DNA from: Camelus ferus
Taxonomy: Eukaryota
Length of the DNA stretch: 64,000 nt
Assembly (NCBI RefSeq): GCF_009834535.1
Contig: NC_045697.1
Location: forward strand, 71,240,001-71,304,000
Direction: 5' to 3'
In this document: positions 12,541-25,280 of the stretch, piece after piece
Numbering within the stretch: the first letter of the stretch is position 1
Layout: each line of letters opens with the position of its first letter
Notes under the pieces: generated by a model
Database searches by the model: none
The model's input: the letters and a program-made list of their open reading frames with translations, nothing else
What the model was told of the DNA's origin: nothing
Made by a program: the position numbers and the translations under genes

Positions 12541-15500
12541 TGTAGTTTCATTTCTACAGTTGAAAAAGTTTTAATTTATGGTTTTTAAAATTAATGCAAT
12601 AAAAATCCAAACACAGAATGTTGTGCAGTGTTCAAGTTTGCTCATGTAGATAAGGAAGTCACTGATCAATCTTCTAAATTCCTCATGTTAAGATTTTGTA
12701 ACAGTATTATATTCAAAAATGAGTAAAAATATATTTTTACATATCTAATAGGTTTTAACATAAAACCTTACAGCTTCTACACGTTCTAAACCTGATGAGC
12801 ACTTATTTAATTTACCAATACTAGTAATTAAAAAATATGAAAGGAGAAATTCTCTGACTTTACATTTTTTTAAAATAGGAAAACAAATTTAAAAATCTCT
12901 CATAAATGTTCCTTATTTTGATATGCTACAATTTATATGAGACTGTCTAAACAGGCCCGTCAGTATGGCCCAATTTGAGCAAAAACACTGAGGCCTTTGA
13001 AAATTAACTGAAATGTCAACCCACTTTAGAAGAAAGCTATTAGTAAAACAAGGGTGAAGTTACAAGCACTTGTGAAAAAGCACAATAAATAAACAATGAG
13101 ACTCATTCAAAGATACTGGGGAGACATTCAGGCTTCGCAGACTCAGAACAAGAGACTGCAGAACCAGTTCCCACATGGGCAAGAGTATGTTTATTTTATT
13201 TTGCTTATCTGAAATCAGAGCAAATGATCCCAGTGGTTTGGAATGGCTTGAAAATGTTTCTCGGCATCTAGGCGAGAAAGGCTGCCTGATTTTCAAGAAG
13301 CTTAAATGCTTTGTTAGTAACTTTTTTGCTCCTGTGAACTGTAAAGCTCACGTCTGAAAATGGAACTAGCCGAAACCACAAAAAGTATTATTCTTCCTTT
13401 CTGTCATCCTCTACTACTTTTTAGTCACATTTTTAGAAGGTGATCAAAAGAAATAAAGAATACGTTCTACACAACTTGGGAAGTGCTACAGTCTGCACCA
13501 ATGAATCTCAGTTTACGGAAATGCATTTTCAGAATTAGTGTGTTTCACATGTCAGAAAAAGATGGGAAACGAAATTAAATGGTTGCTTTTAATCATAACT
13601 GAAGTTTTCTAGAAAACCAACAAACATTTAAAATGTGAATCATAATGACCTGTTTTCATGATTTAACTGGGGTCAGGCTAACTGAAGAGAAAGCCTAGAG
13701 TATACTTTCAGAGTACAGGCATGGAGGGAAAATGGTAACAATCATCCTTTTCTTCATATAAAAAGGAAAAGGTAACTATATGTTCTGAATAGGATAAAAT
13801 AAGATTAGTAATATCAAGACTTTCTAATCAAATGCGATGTCAGAATGAAATCATTCATTGCAATCTTCTTACTTCAAAATCAGAGAACAGTTTATCAAAG
13901 ATTTTATTGGGGGGGAGGTGGAGTTTAGAAAAAAGTCAATGATGATAAAGTTTTTAACTTCTACACATATCTTCTTCTAGCATCCGACAGTATAAAAATT
14001 TTTAAGAACATATACTGAATGGTCAGTAAAATGTATCAGCCTAACCACCAAACAGTTTTCTAAGTGTTCTTCATGGTTAACAAAAATCATAATAAATTCA
14101 GTGAATCTTAAATGATGGAAATACATCCACCTCTAGTACCTGAGAACTTCACTACCAATTAAACCATTTAATTTCCAAGCCTCATACAATGCTTCCAGAC
14201 CATAGGATTTACTGGAAAGGTACAACTAAGTAACAGATTTTTCTTCCCCCAAGAAGACATCCTCAGGAGGAAAAAGTTTTAACTGTGCCTCCCAAAAAGG
14301 GGACTACACTTTACCATCATAAGGTAATGAGGCAGTCCACCACAAACACAAGAGGTAAAGCTACAAATTCTTTAATTCAGGAAAATTAGCTCTTTGTCAT
14401 GTCCTTGGAAGATCTTTTGTTTGGTTAGCTTATTCTGGAAGAGGTTTCTAAATTGGTTGGCTGTCATTAATCTAATTGCATATTGGGGCAGCTAATTAGA
14501 GAGGGCACCTTCTGTTTAAAAAAATACTGCCTCAGGTGAGGCTTGAATTAGTAGCCAGATCCCTGTCCCCGCACCCCTCCCCACCCCTCCACCCCTCCCC
14601 ACTCCAGAATCAGCCTTCTGTCTGGAACACCCACCACTCACTCCTGGGCTGGAATGCAGCCTGCCTCCTTCACCTGGCCACAGAGGTTCCCTCTCCGGAA
14701 AGCCACAAATTACAGTGCTAGATTTCAGCCAACAGAAGAAGGCATTTGGAGGTAAAGCCAAAATGAGGGTGAAAGAAAAATTTCCACTAAGAAACCAACA
14801 GTAATAACTGGTCTACGAGCTACATGGAAAGTGAATGAATATGGGCTACACACCCACCACCTTCCTCACTTCTCAGAAAAACAAATGAAGAGAACACAGA
14901 AAGGCTCATCATATGACCTGAAAGGAAAAATATTCAGTAAAAACAAATCAAAAAGTAAGTCAGCTTCTCTTTGCTCTTCTGTGATTCTGAGGTTGCTATA
15001 CCAAGCATCACAGAATTACTGACTTAGGGACCAGTTCTAACTCCCTTATTCCACACAGATGGCTTGGCTTGTTCTGTGAAACTGGACTCTCATTTCTTTT
15101 CTCTTTGTTTTCTTTTGTTTTGTTTACTGTCACCTCCTTTAAGATGTGAGAATTACATCACGGATAAGAAAGACAAAAACAGTGCATGCAAGGTCCCCAA
15201 GCTAGACCAGGAACACGAGTCAAGGACAGAGCTCTTTCCCTTCCAGGCAGAACTCTGATCCACAAGCATCTGTTGAATGTCTCAGTGGACACAGCACCTC
15301 TTCTCCCCTCCTCTGAGGTACCCACGCTGGGTATGGCACTGTAGGTATTATCGTTCAACCAAAACACAAATAGCTTTTCCCAGCAAAACACACTAAACTT
15401 AGATCATGGTGTACACAAAAAGAATTGAAAATGGAATTAAAAGAAATCACTGCCCTTTCATTTGAAATCAAAGAAAACCAGATTTTGTTGGCATACTGTA

Positions 15501-17277
15501 TTTATACAAAGGACCCCACATTATACAGAAAACAAGAAAGTCTAAGGGAAAAACTCCGCCTCTTAAACTTTTGCCCCAGTCAGTGCTGTGATTACAGCTT
15601 CACTTCTCCTGGTCCCAGGGAACTTGAACACAGAGTGCGTTGAAATGAGGATGAATAATGGCCATATTTCCAGTGTTTTGGAGCTTTTACCTCTGCAAAA
15701 CAATTCTGAGAATGTAGTTTGGCAGCACAAACCTAGGAAACCAGATAGGCCATCATGGTTGTTAGCTGATTTATCAGCTGAGAATAAACCTTCCTTAGTC
15801 AAACCCTACTATCTGCAGATAGAGAAACTTACTCCCTAGAAAAGTTTTCTCCTAACAAACGACTTGTCTCAATTATGTGACAAATGGTTACTATCTTGAT
15901 TACACAATGTAGTTATAACTGGTCCACTGTCAAAAAGGTTAAAACGTGGTCAAATACGTGACTTTTCTTGTTGGAATTTTCTCTTACATTCTTAAACCTG
16001 CCAGATGTGCCTTGCGGCTAACACTTGGGCAGTAGGTGCCTGGTATGTGAAGCCTTCCTTCGGAGAAAATACTATGCTCAATGTTTTCTTCACAGACCAA
16101 AGGAACCAATGAGGTTATAACTGAAGTATTCACTGCTTTCTTAAAGGATACACTTCTCTTCTTTCAAAATCTTAAGAATACTCCAATTCCATGGTAAGTT
16201 AGTTTCCAGTACAGGACAAAAACTATCTCTTCATAATATGAATCCTTACTATGAATCTATTGAATCTGTTATCCAAAAATAATGATAAAGCACAATGGTA
16301 ACTGAGTAATCAAGGGAGAATTTCCTAATTACATCTTACATATTTTTTAGCCTTTTCATCTACTGGGTGTGTCCCAAACAACTTAACAATACATCTTGTA
16401 ATGACTCATGTCTACATGTTACAAGGACTCCTATTTGTGCTCTTAAGATTCGTACATCTAAAATCTGGCCCGGCATGTGAAGCTAAAAGTAATTTATCAA
16501 GATTTGTATGTATTTTTCACATTCAAAATTCTTCATGCTATGCAAATGGAATTCTTAAAAATCATTTTCTTCCAAGATAACTATACCAGAGCCAAAGTAA
16601 TCCTAGATTTTAAAAGTGGAAGGGAGAAACTGCTACAGAAGTCTAATAGTTTGTGTTACTATTCCTGCACAATATACACAGTATACTTAGTAATAGTTTT
16701 GTTATTATGATACCTGGCATATAAATATTTCAGAATTATTTTTAATAAAAAATTCAAGTCAAAAATTTATTTTATATTCACAAAAACCTTCATTATTCAA
16801 TTAAAGCATACCTTCTGAAATGTGAAATTGTATATGCATATACACATAAGATAAAAAGTTTTGTACTGGTGAGAGGAAGTCATCTCCCAAAAAAAGGAAT
16901 CCAGAGTTTTATATAAAGAGCTCTCCCAGCCCCAGCCCCACTTTCCTCTGCCATTCCCTGTCTGCACTTTGAGAGCAAGGCTTTTTTCATCTATCATTTA
17001 TAAAAGCTAAGGGAACAGAAAGAGGAAAAAAAGATACACATTAGGTGTTATCTTGGTACTTCCTGTGTCTTCCCATTTGTAAGGGGCTTTATTCCTGAGG
17101 ATATTATAAAATGACAAAGCTTTCTACTTAACAATAATCCATAAATAATAGAATAAAAGGGGCATAATCCTTCTGAAGTGGGGACAACCAGGCTCCGAAG
17201 TAGCTATGCTGTGATGTAGGTTTCATAAAAACACTTGAAACCCAAAAGGCAAAATATGTGTGTGCACGGGGTGGGGT

Positions 17278-17316
17278 TGTATGTGTGTGTGCGTGTATGT
17301 GTGTGTGTGTGTGTGT
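17278..17316 (+). repeat. Interrupted (TG)n microsatellite; (CA)n on the PPP3CA sense strand
   Basis: Read directly. Confidence 0.95.
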
Positions 17317-18859
17317 AAGCGCACACATACTGGGTGGGAGACAGACACACTTAAGAATCCTATGAACTTCATCTTGTTCCAGGGCTCAAAGAAAACTATA
17401 TGGCAAACAGAAACACTAATTACAAGAAATAGGGCCCTGTCTAAGAATAAAACAAAGCAGCTAAAAGAAAAAAATATATTATCTGCCATGTAGGGTCCAG
17501 GGAAAATCCAATTGTGTATCTTTTAAAAAGAAATCCAGGCATACCTGCGTAAGAACAGACTTGATTCTGTTGATTGATTCTCTTTGCAGTCTACACAGTC
17601 AGGATCAACCAAAAGAGATTCTATTCGCAAATGTTTCTATATAATATACTTATATTGATCTAAAAAGAAAAAAATACTTTTAAAAATGCTACATATTACT
17701 CTATTTTAAAAAAGGAAGCATGTGTTTATCAACTTTTTCTAATGATTCAACAAACTCAAACACTTTAATTCTATATCCCATGTCCTATGTGAAAAGACTA
17801 CTATACAGATAAAAATTTGCTTAGCTAAGTACAAATACACAAACTTAACCAATTATGAAGTTACCTAATACCTAATGAAGTATGACAATTGTACTTTCTT
17901 CTACTGAAGTATTACTGAAATTGTATTTGTATTTAAGTGTAAAGAAAAGCTTTCCATGATTGACTTCCTGTTTTTCCACATACTAGTTTGTTTTTCATTG
18001 CCAAAGTTTTTAAAAAAAATTTCTTATGATTAATACACTGCTACAAGAATAAAAATAAGGCTTAATTTAAAAAATGAATTCTCAGTAGCCAATAATAATG
18101 ATTATTAAGATCTATTTTAACACTGATCAAAACAAACAAAAAAGCACAATGATCAGGTTGGCTTACAGGAATAATGTAATCACATAAGACCTCAAACTTT
18201 TTCAAAAAAGGTGATACTTATCCTATAAGAATAATAATACAGGTAAACTATAGAAACTCCATTTTTAAAAAAAGAAGGAATAAATGGTTGATTTCATAAA
18301 TTAATATTATTTATTTTCATAAAAAATACTTCGGAATAATACATGAAAGCCATGACCAAATTCAGTAGAGTAAAAGCACGCATACACATTTTTTGAGCCA
18401 AGGATCTTGTTCAAATTAAATAGAAATTATAGATTTATTTGGCAAGATACAATTTATTAATGTATTTGAAATGGAATAGCAGATTTCTTCAAATGCCTCA
18501 TCCTAAAGATATGAGTAGAAAATTTAGTTAACACTAAATGGAATAGTAAAAAATACTGAAATCTTTTTATTTAAGTAAAGAATAAAATCACATAAAAATT
18601 ATGCTTTATGAAAAGAGACTAATTAGGAAATCAAGAATTAGTCAAGTCTCACTTATGTTAAATAACTTACAGCAATGAAATAGATAATCCACCATTTCAG
18701 GATTTCTTATTTGCCAGTGAACCCAAGTACAGCTAAAATTCTCAGATCAGTGTATATTTTTTAAAAAATTATGAAAACACAATGCCACATGTTCAATTTT
18801 GCTCGCCTATTATATTCCTACCAGTTTTCTCTTCTCTGTCCTAGGAAAGGGAGAATCAA

Positions 18860-19080
18860 AATTTTCTAAGTGCCTAGTGTGTGACAAGGCACTGTTACTT
18901 CGTATATTATTTCATTTAATCTTCACAACCAGCCCTGTCAGCTTGCTGGTATTATTCCTACTTATCTGATGAGAAATTTCAAAATCATAAAAATTAAATA
19001 TGTTACTTGAAGCCATGCAGCTATTTGGTAGGTGGGTGTTCTGATCCCCAACCTATGCTACATCTGTATACTATAAAACA
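18860..19080 (-). mobile_element. MIR
   Basis: aggcactgtt...tatattatttcatttaatcttcacaac...ggtattattcct...gatgagaaa. Confidence 0.65.
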
Positions 19081-22000
19081 GCACTGAACACTGGGGTGCC
19101 ATCTCTCAGAATGATCCTGGAATTTTTCTGTTGGTAAAGCTCAGGTTCTGAACAAACACACACAATTCACACCTTGTCTCAGCCAGTTAATTTCTTATTT
19201 CTTTTTATATTTCTCTCTTTCCACTCATTTATCTCTTTCCACTCAAGGCAGGTATGGAGATACGCAGAAAATCTATTCATAAGTTATCCAGACTCAACCT
19301 TCTACCATCCACTACTATATATCACTATACTCTATTTAAATACTAGAATAATAATAATAGTTGGCATTTAATGAATGACTATTCTTTGTCAAGCACTGTT
19401 CTAGGCGGCTTACACAAAAACCTCATTTAATCTGTAGGTAGCCGAAAAAGACAATTGGAAGTGAATGCGAAAATTCTAACAAGATCACATATACTTCTGA
19501 TTTAAACTACACTCTCTTGAACTAAACACATTAATAAAGGAGATAAACATATGCAGCATACTTATTGTATGATGCAAATATTGCAATTATATAACATGGA
19601 TCTTTACAATAAATTCATTTCATTTTCACTGTAAGCATATAAATTACAACTTTAATTATGTGATATGACACATAACCAAGAAAAGCTAGAATGTTATCAA
19701 ATATTATTTTGTAAACAGTTACCAGAACCTTGGGGAAGAAATTTTTATCTAAGAAGAAAACACAAATGTCTGAAATAAAATAGCATCCTATTTTTACATT
19801 CTTATAGAATTAACATTCATAAATGATTTTAGCTGTTGGGTTAGATGAATGATCATTCACTTTGTTAATGTACAAAGATTCTGTGTAAAATTAAAAATTT
19901 TAAATAGTTCCTCCTTTAGCAAAATGTTCAAAAAATTTAAGCTATATAATCCTTTTCTGGAGAAATCTCAAGCAATCTTTAATTATTAGTTTAAAAAAGA
20001 AAGTGTGTAGATTAGTGCTATAGAAACAAATACCAAAGGACAAAACTCATAAAAGCCAATCAAAACATAAAGCAAAAAAGCACTTTAGAAATGTAAACCA
20101 AATATAAGACAAGTTATGGAGAACAGCATTTTCAAGCATTTTCAGAAGTTTATTTCTTCTTCCTATCTAACTAAATCCCTCACCTTTGACTGCTCAAATT
20201 GTTGTATTTTCCTAAAGCTCCACCATTCGTTATTACAAAAGCTCTCGTGTAGAAATCTATTTTTTTTCTACTATAAACATCTCTCTTTTAGTTTTTGATA
20301 CCAGGAAATTCTAAGTCGTAAGGGGATCCCATATATGGAATTAACCTCTAGGACATACCAGTTAGGTTCTGACAAAGTCAATAGAGAGTCATCTTCTTTT
20401 CCATGACGTATTACTTTAAAATGAAGGATCATTTTCTTGAAAGTTCAAATTAACGTTCCCCAAATATGGCAGACGTGAGGATTTTCTACAATTTTCTCTT
20501 AATTTTAGTTAGCATTCTGTTTTGAGTTGCTAGAAAACATCCCAGCCCTACTTTTCTGAACTGACCTCTTTAGCAGTATGTAAGGAGATCGCCACTCCCT
20601 TCGCTAGTACCTTCCATCTAAAATGTTTTCAACATCTTACGGCAATTCAGACAGCACAGCTGACTACTCAAGAGGCTCATTAACCACACTTTAAAAATTC
20701 CTAGAAGGAGGCATGATTTATTATAAGCAAATGGCTATGCTGGATTTTTTGGTAACAGAATTTTAAATTAAAACAAAATTATATAAGATACACCTTGTTT
20801 GGATTATTTAAAACTCTATTAAACTTAACTTTTAAATGGCTGTGACTATAAGGGTTGGAAAAATTAAATGTCAACTCTAGCTAATTAGCAAACACATGAA
20901 AAATGGGGGAAATGATCCCGAAAGCTCTTTTATACCATGGAGCGTTTTACTTGAGGGAGGAACACTAGGAGAATACAGTCATTACTGTAAAACAGGAAAC
21001 ACTAGGCAGAGGCTGTCAAGTAATTGTGAGAGAAAATAGAATGCATTTGCAATTTTTAAGTGCATTTAATGCCCAGTGATTTCATCACCTACCCTATTTA
21101 AAACTGGGAGACAATCCAGAAACTGAAGGGAATCAGATATTTGCAAAAATATGTTTGCACTACACCATCCAACACTTGTACTGGCAACAGTACTCTACAC
21201 ATTTCAACATATGTTGATTTTAAAGAATAAGTTTTGGGTTAGACTTCTAATTTATCACATTTTAATTAAGGAGATAATACCAGCCAAGTTACCAAAAGAC
21301 TTAATTTTCACAATGGTAACCCTTAAGGTACTTGTTGCTTTGCTGTGAAAATTACACAGTGGTATTATAATATCCCTCTTGCCATTTATCACCCTAAATA
21401 ATTTAATTAAAAACATCAAACTCAATATATTTTTAAGAGAATAAAAGTAATCCCTGAGATACTTTCTACCTTTTTTCATTTGAACCAAATAGAGGAGACT
21501 GGAAGCAAAATACACAAGTTCCTCCAATTGGTTTCTTCCGAAGAGTTATCTGAATGGCTGTCTTCCTTCATTGTAAGAGGCACTGCTTATTCTCTTCTTT
21601 TAAAAGTTGCCCTGCATCAGGGCAATGTATTTTATTTGTATTTTTTCAAAGCATAATTAGAAACTACTAGCTCTTGATTTCATTTCACATTTAAGTTTCA
21701 CAGTCCTACTTACAGAAATTATAGCTTACATTATTAAATGTCTGTTCTCTGTAGAAAGCCCTGAAACTAGACTTAAAACATAAAGTCCTAAACCCCCAAG
21801 GTTCATTTCAGATTGCACTGAATTCTTATAATCATCTTTTTGTCTAAAGTCTTCTATGACTATTCTTTGATGAAGGTCCTCCTATATGGCATAAGTTTCT
21901 TTACTTTTTTTTTTTTTTTTTCCTGCCAATAGCTTTAATACGCTCCATTTTCTGGCTTCTTTATTTCCTCTCTGCCATTAGAGGAAAATGCCATTTGATA

Positions 22001-22384
22001 GGACTTCAGATCCCTTAGTATACAGGAAAAACAGAAAGTAACAAATGTAAATTCGGAACCTACTATGTGCTACACTTAGAGCCAACTACTTACAGTCTGT
22101 TCAACAAGAACCTTTGGAAAACACCACAACCCTAGTTTTACAGAAAAGGAAACTGCGACTCAATGTGGTTAAATAACTTATACATAATCAGCAGAATCTG
22201 AAGTGAAGTTCATGCTCTTTCTCCTGTATATACTTTGCTGCTTCTCATGATTCACTGACATTTATATGAGGGAATCAGACTTTCTCATTAAGGATGCAGA
22301 AATATGCCCATGAGGATAACGTCAATAAAGTATCCAAGAAAGATCTTATTCTCTGGCCTTTTTTTTGTACTGGAAGGGAATTAT

Positions 22385-22880
22385 ATCTGCTAGAATTAGA
22401 TTCAGCTACATATGATAAACCCAAAATAACACTGGCTTAAATAAGGTGAATTTTAATTCTCTTTCATGGAAAATAAGTCAAGGTGGGTAATCCAAATTTA
22501 GTATGGCAATTCCACAAAGTAATCAAGGACTCATACTCATTTTAGCTGACTACTCCATATTCTCCAGAGTGGGATTCTTATCCTCATGATCCAAAACAGC
22601 TGTCAGAGCTCCAGCCGTCATATCTGTGTTCCACGAATCAGAAAAAGAAGTGTGTTATCCTTCCTTTTTAAGGACATGTCTCAAAGTAACACTCAGTACT
22701 TCAACTTTTCCCCAATAAATAGAACTAAGTCACGTGCACTCACTTAGCTATAAAGGAAGCAGGGAAATGTAGGTTTTCTGACTGGGTAGCAAGATGCTGA
22801 GCTGAAAATCTGATTTTTATTATTACTAAAATGGAAGGTAAGGATGGATATTTGGAGGCAACTAGATGAACTTGCCATAG
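22385..22880 (-). mobile_element. MaLR LTR (MLT1K-like), near full length
   Basis: aataacactggcttaaataag...cagagctccagccgtcatatctgtgttcca...agctataaaggaagcagggaaatgtag...ggatggatatttggaggcaactag. Confidence 0.7.
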
Positions 22881-24369
22881 AAATTTGTATATGATCTCTG
22901 ATTTATTCATTATATTATCAAAATTTTCAAGCGGATCAGAGATAATTGAGACTGACAGACCCAGTGTTATTTCCTTGGTGGAATATATTTCCTCACTGGA
23001 TTCATCTCATTATAGGCAATCAAATGAATAAATGTGATGATTTTACATTTGTGGAAGTTATTTTCAATATTTACATTGTAAAGAATCACTGGATCTATCA
23101 GACAAAATCAAGTGAGATTTGTTTTATAACTGATGATCTTTTTTAAGGTTAGAATACAGGGCACTGAGTTAGAAGACAAATTCTACCAATTGGGGTGCCA
23201 AAGACTTTAAATGGCCATTTATCTTCTAAAACTTTTCTAATATTCAGAGGTTATGAACGAATAACCAAATAGAGAACACAGGAAAAAAATGCAAACGGTG
23301 ATAAAGAATCAAATCTGAAAGGTGCTTCAATAATTAACCTAGCCCTAATTATTTACGTAAATTTACAACTATCCTCACATATGTGATAGTTACATTAGTA
23401 TTTAAAAACTTGTAACTTGAATGTAAGCAGGTTTTCTTGGTCCCCGCTGTCACCTACATTACACAATACAGTCTTTTCTACTGGAAGTCAGTCCTTCATG
23501 ACGAGGCATTGAGAAAAACACAAACATAATTTCAAAAACAAGAACCAAAAAAGGTGATTTTTCTTTCATAAGTTTTTTTGGAAAGTTAGAGGAGGGAGTC
23601 ATTTCACACACAACAAAGCAAATGTCCTTGAAATTCTCTTTAAATATTTTTCGCCAATGTTCCAACCCTCCTGGCATTTACTCTACCCTCAGTTCTCATC
23701 TCCTCTCTCTAAAAAGCTTTCCAACTTCCCATAACCACTGTCTAAAATCCATCTGACTGCATGCAGCTAGACAAAGCTAGACAAATAGTCCTCAGCAAAA
23801 TAAAATCAAGTCACATGTCATCGCTTAAAAACCATCTTGGGGCTCCTCGTCTCAGCACTTCCAACACATACACACATACACACACGTGCACACACACACG
23901 TGAAACCTTTCAGTTTCTCCCATGGTAATGTGATGTGATTTCTACTAATTCAATCCATAATCAAGACAGTAGATTTTTTCCTTCAATTTCATGTATTTGT
24001 GAAAAGATATCAGACAAATGAATTTCTTTACCACCCCACAATCTTAAATGTTAGACTAAATATGCCCTGCCTCTTCAAACTCTCTTTACATGGTTCTGTT
24101 CTGTTGTTTTAGTACATTTCATCATTCTTTAGAATCATGATTAAAATGAAGCTCAAAATTAAATACAGAAATAGAAATAATGTCATATCAAAATACATAT
24201 GATAAAATGGTATTAAGTGTCATAGCCAATATTTGGATCTGACAATATTACTTGCCCACTTTTTCAAAATCAGAGAACATTATTAATAGACTGGATATTT
24301 GCAGATTTGGTCTACTTGATGATCCATTTGACAGTTTCAGCAATCTTACAGTCTTTTCAGAGACATACT

Positions 24370-24610
24370 GAATAATAGTAAACAGTGGACTCAGGAACCA
24401 TGGTCTGTGGGTTAAGATCCCAAGGTCACCACTTATAAACTGTGCGACCCTGCGCAAGTTATTCTCTCTGTGACTCAGTTTCCTCATCTGTAAAATGGTA
24501 ATAATAATAGTACCTACCTCTTGGAGCTATTCTGAATATTAAATAAATTATCACATGAAAAATAGGTTGAAACAGTACTTGATACATGTGTCGTATATTG
24601 TTGTTTCTCA
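24370..24610 (+). mobile_element. MIR, near full length
   Basis: Well-preserved core: ctgtgcgaccctgcgcaagttat...ctcagtttcctcatctgtaaaatggtaataataatagtacctacctc. Confidence 0.88.
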
Positions 24611-25151
24611 TTTTCTAAAAAAATAGTTGCAGTGTAGTAAATAACACACCAAAGCAATTTTGGAGAATAAACTGCCCACAAAAAATAATAGCATACATGC
24701 AATACTTTAGAATAAATATTGGATTTTTATTTTTAAGAAATGGATTCTGAAATATTTAAACAGTTACATGGTATGAAAAAGTTCACTATTCAAATAACCT
24801 ACTAATATTTGTTTATAAAAGGCCTGGCCAGAAAACCCAATACCAATTAAATTATTCCTTTTAAATAAGCTTACATCATACTTTAAAAAAAGGAACTTCA
24901 ATTATATTTTTTAAAATAAAAATGATTTTCCCATGAAAGAAAACAGAAATACGTATTCTTCTTTAAAAAATAAAATATTTTTGAGAGAAATCATGGAATT
25001 GGTAAGTACATAGGCTTCATTAATAATGTGCTTAGATTTAGGACGAATTGATAAGAAGGCATACCCTTACCTAACCAACCTTGAAATAAACCATTAATCT
25101 AAAAGCCTTATTAAAATTACTAGGCTGATTAAAATTATATTTTAGGACTGC

Positions 25152-25280
25152 AATAATTGCTCTGTATGTTAGGCACATAGTACTAACAAAGATATGCAGT
25201 AGATGATAAGTACTATAATGATTGCTCTGTATATTAGGGACATAGTACCAACATAAAAGTAGGCAGTAGATACTAAGAAC
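25152..25280. repeat. Diverged tandem duplication, ~65-bp unit x2
   Basis: attgctctgtatgttaggcacatagtactaaca...gcagtagat versus attgctctgtatattagggacatagtaccaaca...gcagtagat. Confidence 0.85.
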
